Origin: Epithemia pelagica
Lineage: Eukaryota > Protista > Bacillariophyta
Reading direction: 5' to 3'
Assembly (NCBI GenBank): GCA_946965045.2
Contig: OX337231.1
Coordinates: 124,001-188,000 of the forward strand
Length of the DNA: 64,000 nt
Positions 59,515 through 64,000 of this stretch are shown one piece after another. Positions within the stretch are counted from its first letter, which is position 1. Every line of letters starts with the position of its first letter. Under the pieces are notes generated by a model. It searched no databases and was not told where the DNA came from. It worked only from the letters and a program-made list of their open reading frames with translations. A program made the position numbers and the translations under genes.

Positions 59515-60125
59515 TACCTACTCGCACCCGAGTAGTACCTACTCGAACAACAACAACAACAACTGCGGCAGCTTATAGCAAGTAGAGGCATTGGCAAACA
59601 CCACACATGGCAGCAACTGTCCCGAGTGTTGGAGAGTATGTGTGTGTGTGTGTATGTGTCGCACTTTTATTCTTGTCACCAAGGTTGTCTTTCTCTCGCT
59701 CGTTCCAGGAATCCAAATGTATCCCATCTCCCTCTAAACTAAAAAAACTCTTATTATTCTAGCTACCTTGACCATTCCATGCTTGTGTGGTATACTGCTA
59801 CCTTTATCACTCGTCGTCCTACCCTTCCCCACTCACTGAGCACTCACTGAGGAGTAAGTCACTCCCCACACTCCCACTACCTAAGCCCCAAAAATTACTC
59901 TACTTCGATTTTTTATTCTAGTGTTGTGTAGGAGTTCCCATTGTGTTGGTGCATGCTGCTGTGTTATGTGTTGTCTTGTGTCGCTCGTGGTCGGGTCGCG
60001 AGAGGAGTGGGGGATGGAAGATCTAAGTATTCTGTCACACTATTTATGCAACAAGCACGCCTCGGAGTTTGATTGGAATCCCATAATTGTGAGACAAATG
60101 ATACTTAGACATAAAGCGTTATAAA

Positions 60126-60532
60126 TCATCCGATATAATCGGATGAGGTCACTTAAGTGACGCGGTTATTTTAAAACAATTAAGATTACCTAGTGCCCTA
60201 TCGAAAGTAGGGCACGCTCAATTGTATAAAACTAATTAGGCTCACGACTACTAAGTATCCATTCAGAGAACCGATCACTTAGGAAGACGAAAATTACCTA
60301 AGGTAAGCTGGCACAACTCCTCGTGACAAAGGAAGCTAACATACTCTAATAGCCCCGGGGGACTCCTCGTCGCAGGGCGCTCCTCGTGGCTTAGCTCCTC
60401 GTCGGGCAATAGCTTCTCGTTGTGGACTGCCCCCTCGATCCGCTTATGCGGATCTCACAGGGGCATTCCACTCCTCGTCGCTTTTGCCCTTCTCGGAGTC
60501 TTGCCACTCCTCACACCCTAGCTCCTCCTCGT
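60126..60532. other. Non-coding segment dense in hairpins/palindromes and CTCCTCGT repeats
   Basis: Stems at 60126-60146, 60148-60161, 60193-60215, 60294-60306 and 60428-60465. CTCCTCGT at 60317, 60363, 60380, 60395, 60471 and 60525, plus a one-mismatch copy at 60413. Confidence 0.6.
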
Positions 60533-61318
60533 CCACCCTCAGCTATTAAAGTAGACTTACGACTTGTCCAACAGTTTTTCTCGACACGTCGCAATCGCTC
60601 CGTGAGACAAGTCTTGTCCTGAGGCAAGCCGCACGCTCCAAAAGGCCCCATCCTGCACTACCAAAGACACACACTGGAAGCTGTGTCTGGTGCTGGTTGT
60701 GGTTCGGATGGCGCACACACGCTTTTTGGTGAGAAGAACACGAAGAAGCAATGGAGCGTGCTCCAAACCGTGACAGCGTTTGAATTTTGAACTTGAAAGA
60801 CAGCCGACTGGCGTTGCTTCTCCGCTGCAAAAGTCCTGCAAACGCCGGACGAGCCAAAAGACTTCTCCGAAACGAGGAACGGACACAATTTTGGGCCCGT
60901 TGGAAACGACATTGCAAAATTTGGTTCCTCCCTCTTTATTCTTCGGAGACCACTTGATTTGACCTAGGAGGAGAACTCGAGAGTATGATTTTGGCTCATT
61001 GCCGTTGCGGTGAGAGTCCGTTCGGATCCCAAAAAGACCCCAAAAATGGCCGTGCGGACGCGAGAGTGCTCTCCGTTATCTCTATCGAGCACACTCTAGA
61101 GCAAACGAGAAATAGCTGCCAATCTTCTTCTCGATACCTCTAGTAGACACAGCCCTTTCATTCTTTCTTTACTTTGGGAAGCGCATCCGGTAGAGTTTCC
61201 ATTGGATTCTCTCATTCTCTCTCTCTCTCTCTCTAGCAGAAGGAATCAGAAGACGACCCGAACCAACACAGGAACGGTTCGTCCTACATTACTCCTCTAG
61301 TAGATTGTTGGATTCAGC

Positions 61319-62766
61319 ATGACTCGCATCCGTTCCTGGTCCTCCTTCTTGTTGGCACTGAGCTGGGCCGTGACACCCACCGTGGCTTCGTATTACGACT
61401 ATGAACAAGATTTGGCCTTGTTGATTGGCAACACACGAGGAGGAATGTCGTCGGATTCTTTGCCAATGATTATGATGGCAGTGGCAAAAAGGACGGCAAA
61501 AAAGAAAAACAGGAACATCCGGCCATGCCCCTGTTGGAACAAGTTGTGGGCGGCTTGGATGGTCCCGACAAGATTGTGGTGAATGGCCAGTACCTGTACA
61601 TTTCCGTGGGCGATGAACCAGAAACCTCCACCATTGTCCGAGTCTGTTTGGAAACGGGGGAGGTGGACAAGGACTTTTTGAAACCCCGAACCGATGGCAA
61701 ACCTCCCATGCATCGTCCCTATGGTTTTGCTCTGTACCGCGTTACCTACATTTTTGGTATCGAGTTTTCGCACCGATGAAATATTCTCGTCTACGACCTG
61801 CAGACCGGAGACTTTTAAGTCTTTGATTATACGGCGACGGGACCGAAGATGGCTTGGTCCATGGTCCCAATCACATGGACATTGACAATGACATGTTGTA
61901 CGTGTCGACCCAGGGCAGTGTCGCGCAACCCAATGGATCCGTCGAATATATGGCTTGGCCAGTCAAGCGATTGCCTAGGATTTGAGTTTGTGACAAAAAG
62001 CGGACGAAAATGGCTACGTCTTTGTGCCCCAACCCACTCCCGATCCCATGGGCATGGGCTTTATCAGCATGCTCGGGGTCCAAGTGTATTTTGTTTGGGT
62101 CAAGATGAAGGCGCCGACTACAATTATTATTATTACCACAATCAAGAATATTGTTTCTTGTACACGTCCGACTTTGCCGGCGGGTTGCGCGTCTATAATT
62201 TGGACAATGGCAGTTTGGTCTTTGACGTGCCCACCACGTATGACGATGGATCGGCCACGGGCGAACTGAGTGTGTACCGGGATGCCATTCATGTCACGGG
62301 CTTTACCAATGAAGAGCCGGGCAATGCCGTTGTGCAACGCTTTTCCGCCCTCGATGGAAGTCCCTTGCCCTCCCTGCAATTCAATGCCCACGACGAGGAT
62401 ACCGCCTTTTTTCTCCCGCCCAATCCCGCCTTGGTTCGACCCATTGGCATTTTGGCCGTGAATCAAAATCGTTTGAGTGCTGGAACCAAGGGCAAAAAGA
62501 GCGGCAAGGGAATGGACGATGAGTCGGGCAAAAAGAAGGGCAAAAAGGATGATAAGGACAGTGATTACGACAGTGACAAGAAAATGAGCAAAAAGAAAGG
62601 CAAAGGCAAGGGCAGCATGGACAAGAGCAAGGGCAAAAAAGAGTACGACGACGACGATGAAATGAGCAAAAAAGGCACGGGCAAAATGAACAAGATCCAA
62701 GGAAAGGGAGGAAAGGGCAATGACAAAGAGTCCAAGAAATCCAAGGGCTCCATGCCTTACCATTAA
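61319..62766 (+). pseudogene. Disrupted paralog of the NHL beta-propeller gene with a Lys/Gly/Asp-rich C-terminal tail
   Basis: The same motifs (YLYISVGD, RPYGFAL, SSFRTDE, HGPNHM, LYVSTQGS, ISMLGVQV, LVRPIGI) are spread over several frames. About six frameshifts and in-frame TAA/TAG/TGA lie between about 61460 and 62100, and the last 220 codons or so are open. Confidence 0.85.
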
Positions 62767-63101
62767 CACGAGTCGGCACCAATCGTATAGTTGTAAGGAG
62801 AGCCACACTGGCTCGAGACACGGATCCTAGGCTTGAGCAACTTATCGTACTATAAGTACAAGACTCTCGGTTCTTGTGTGCAAAATTGAAACATTAGAAA
62901 AACAAGTTAAGTTCTGTTAGCTAGCATACCTTCCCGGTTCCAAAGCAACTCTGTTGATAGGGGATTTGATACATGACATGCCCGACTGGACGCTGTCATA
63001 CCTGTGTATTCTTTATATTTATCCCGTCATGAAGGGCGACAATCAGTCGACCCAGATGATCCGTTTTCCCTTGATTGCATCCGTATGCAACACGATGCAA
63101 C

Positions 63102-64000
63102 CTATGACGGATTGCTCGTAAACGGAGGTTGGAGCGTGTTGGGGAGTCCATAGTCTTGCAAAAGGTCGGTGTGTGTTTCGTACAAGACTTGGACCTTGCG
63201 AGTGGCCCCCCATTCCGCATAGTACTTCATGGCTTCGTTCATAAAAAAGGACGCATCGGAAAGGGCATGGACGGATCGCAAGAAGGTGGCATAACGTTCA
63301 TTGGCGAGGCCGGCATCTTGCAGAAATCCGCCCCGAACCGACGCGGCAATGGCCTGTTTGTACGCCTGTTTCGCTTGCTTGTCATTCCGTCTCAAAGCCG
63401 CTTCTTCTGCATCCAACAGAAACAGTTCGTGAACCAAGTTCAAAGCTCCAGACCTGACCCATTGTGCGATGCGGGAACGAGCCTTGCGAGCGGCGTTTCT
63501 GTACTTGGCTTGACCAGTTTCTGCGGCACGGACATACAGACAGAGCGCCCGCGAAAAGGGTTCAAAACCATAATAGGCCGCGCCTGACCATGTCTTATAG
63601 AAAACATCGCCCATCTCCAAGGCTATTTCAGCGCCCTTCTCGTACTCGGCAAAGTAGGCACACAAGTTGCAAATGTGATGACGGCCAACCGTATTGAAAA
63701 TAAAGGGATGTCGTTCAATGTCAATTCCGTGCATAGCCGTGCCCGTTAATCCTGTTGTTTGAGGATTATAGGGAGCACCCATCAAATTTAACACCTTTTG
63801 CCACAGCAGGCGCAATCCCAAAACATAGGTGTGAAGTTGAAGCTTCTCCAGTTGAGGGATATAGTTCCGCAAATCTTGTTCCAAACCAACCAATTTGTTC
63901 CCCCCTGAAAAGAATTCGCAAATCAAAAAGAACAAAATCGCCATGCCGACAGCTCCGATGTTCCCAGATAACATTCCAACACGATATGCTTCCAAGTAGT
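63102..64000 (-). CDS. 3' end of a TPR-like helical protein of the AAA-ATPase/STAND-associated type (5'-partial)
   Basis: The open frame enters from the right edge. C-terminal AYKQAIAASVRGGFLQDAGLANERYATFL...AMKYYAEWGATRKVQVL resembles the terminal TPR region of cyanobacterial Ser/Thr kinase-AAA ATPase sensors and their diatom homologs. Confidence 0.8.
   Translation of the reverse strand, partial: YLEAYRVGMLSGNIGAVGMAILFFLICEFFSGGNKLVGLEQDLRNYIPQLEKLQLHTYVLGLRLLWQKVLNLMGAPYNPQTTGLTGTAMHGIDIERHPFIFNTVGRHHICNLCAYFAEYEKGAEIALEMGDVFYKTWSGAAYYGFEPFSRALCLYVRAAETGQAKYRNAARKARSRIAQWVRSGALNLVHELFLLDAEEAALRRNDKQAKQAYKQAIAASVRGGFLQDAGLANERYATFLRSVHALSDASFFMNEAMKYYAEWGATRKVQVLYETHTDLLQDYGLPNTLQPPFTSNPS

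Noticed and set aside
60140-60170. Hammerhead-like GGATGAG-stem
   Set aside because: The core would need CTGATGA and a GAAA after stem II, and neither is present. The same applies to CTCGATGAGTCCC near 10822.
60190-60215. Helitron 3' end (hairpin plus CTAG)
   Set aside because: The CTAG overlaps the hairpin instead of lying about 10-12 nt beyond it, and no matching 5' TC end can be assigned.
1-64000. tRNA, rRNA and telomeric repeats
   Set aside because: No cloverleaf/T-loop context, rRNA similarity or TTAGGG arrays seen on either strand by eye.

Overview
Eukaryotic nuclear DNA, most likely a raphid pennate diatom. This is inferred from the CoDi-type Ty1/copia elements, short GT-AG introns with GTACGT/GTATGT donors, RxL propeptides, Q/N/T/H low-complexity inserts and an AAA-ATPase-associated TPR tail. 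All reading frames and splice junctions were checked by hand, and no database searches were run. From left to right the window contains: (1) the 5' part of an apparently intact copia element with one uninterrupted Gag-Pol ORF running off the left edge; (2) a secreted HYR-like/EF-hand gene split at a G6 run; (3) a Stowaway-like TA-flanked MITE; (4) a small secreted protein; (5) a tandem family of secreted calmodulin-like (4 EF-hand) genes, made of two intact copies, one copy with an in-frame TAG, and one 5' fragment fused to a 5'-truncated but open copia Pol; (6) two head-to-head paralogous single-pass receptor-like genes whose cytoplasmic tails carry repeated RRxSGxY...RGSM motifs, separated by an 83-bp repeat array into which two diverged 1.4-kb TIR elements are inserted at identical junctions without a TSD; (7) a secreted 2OG-Fe(II) oxygenase, a membrane-anchored protein resembling bacterial tail-fibre-type repeats, and a LURP-one/tubby-like gene; (8) two tail-to-tail CPA2 cation/H+ antiporters with ACT-like domains, one of which has the ion-binding DD motif replaced by QE; (9) two bacterial-like NHL beta-propeller paralogs, one a pseudogene with a silaffin-like Lys-rich tail, flanking a hairpin-rich non-coding segment; and (10) the 3' end of a TPR-like gene. 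No rRNA, tRNA or CRISPR array was found. The strongest candidate for an undescribed system is the repeat-array/TIR-cassette module between the two receptor paralogs (30556-34050).
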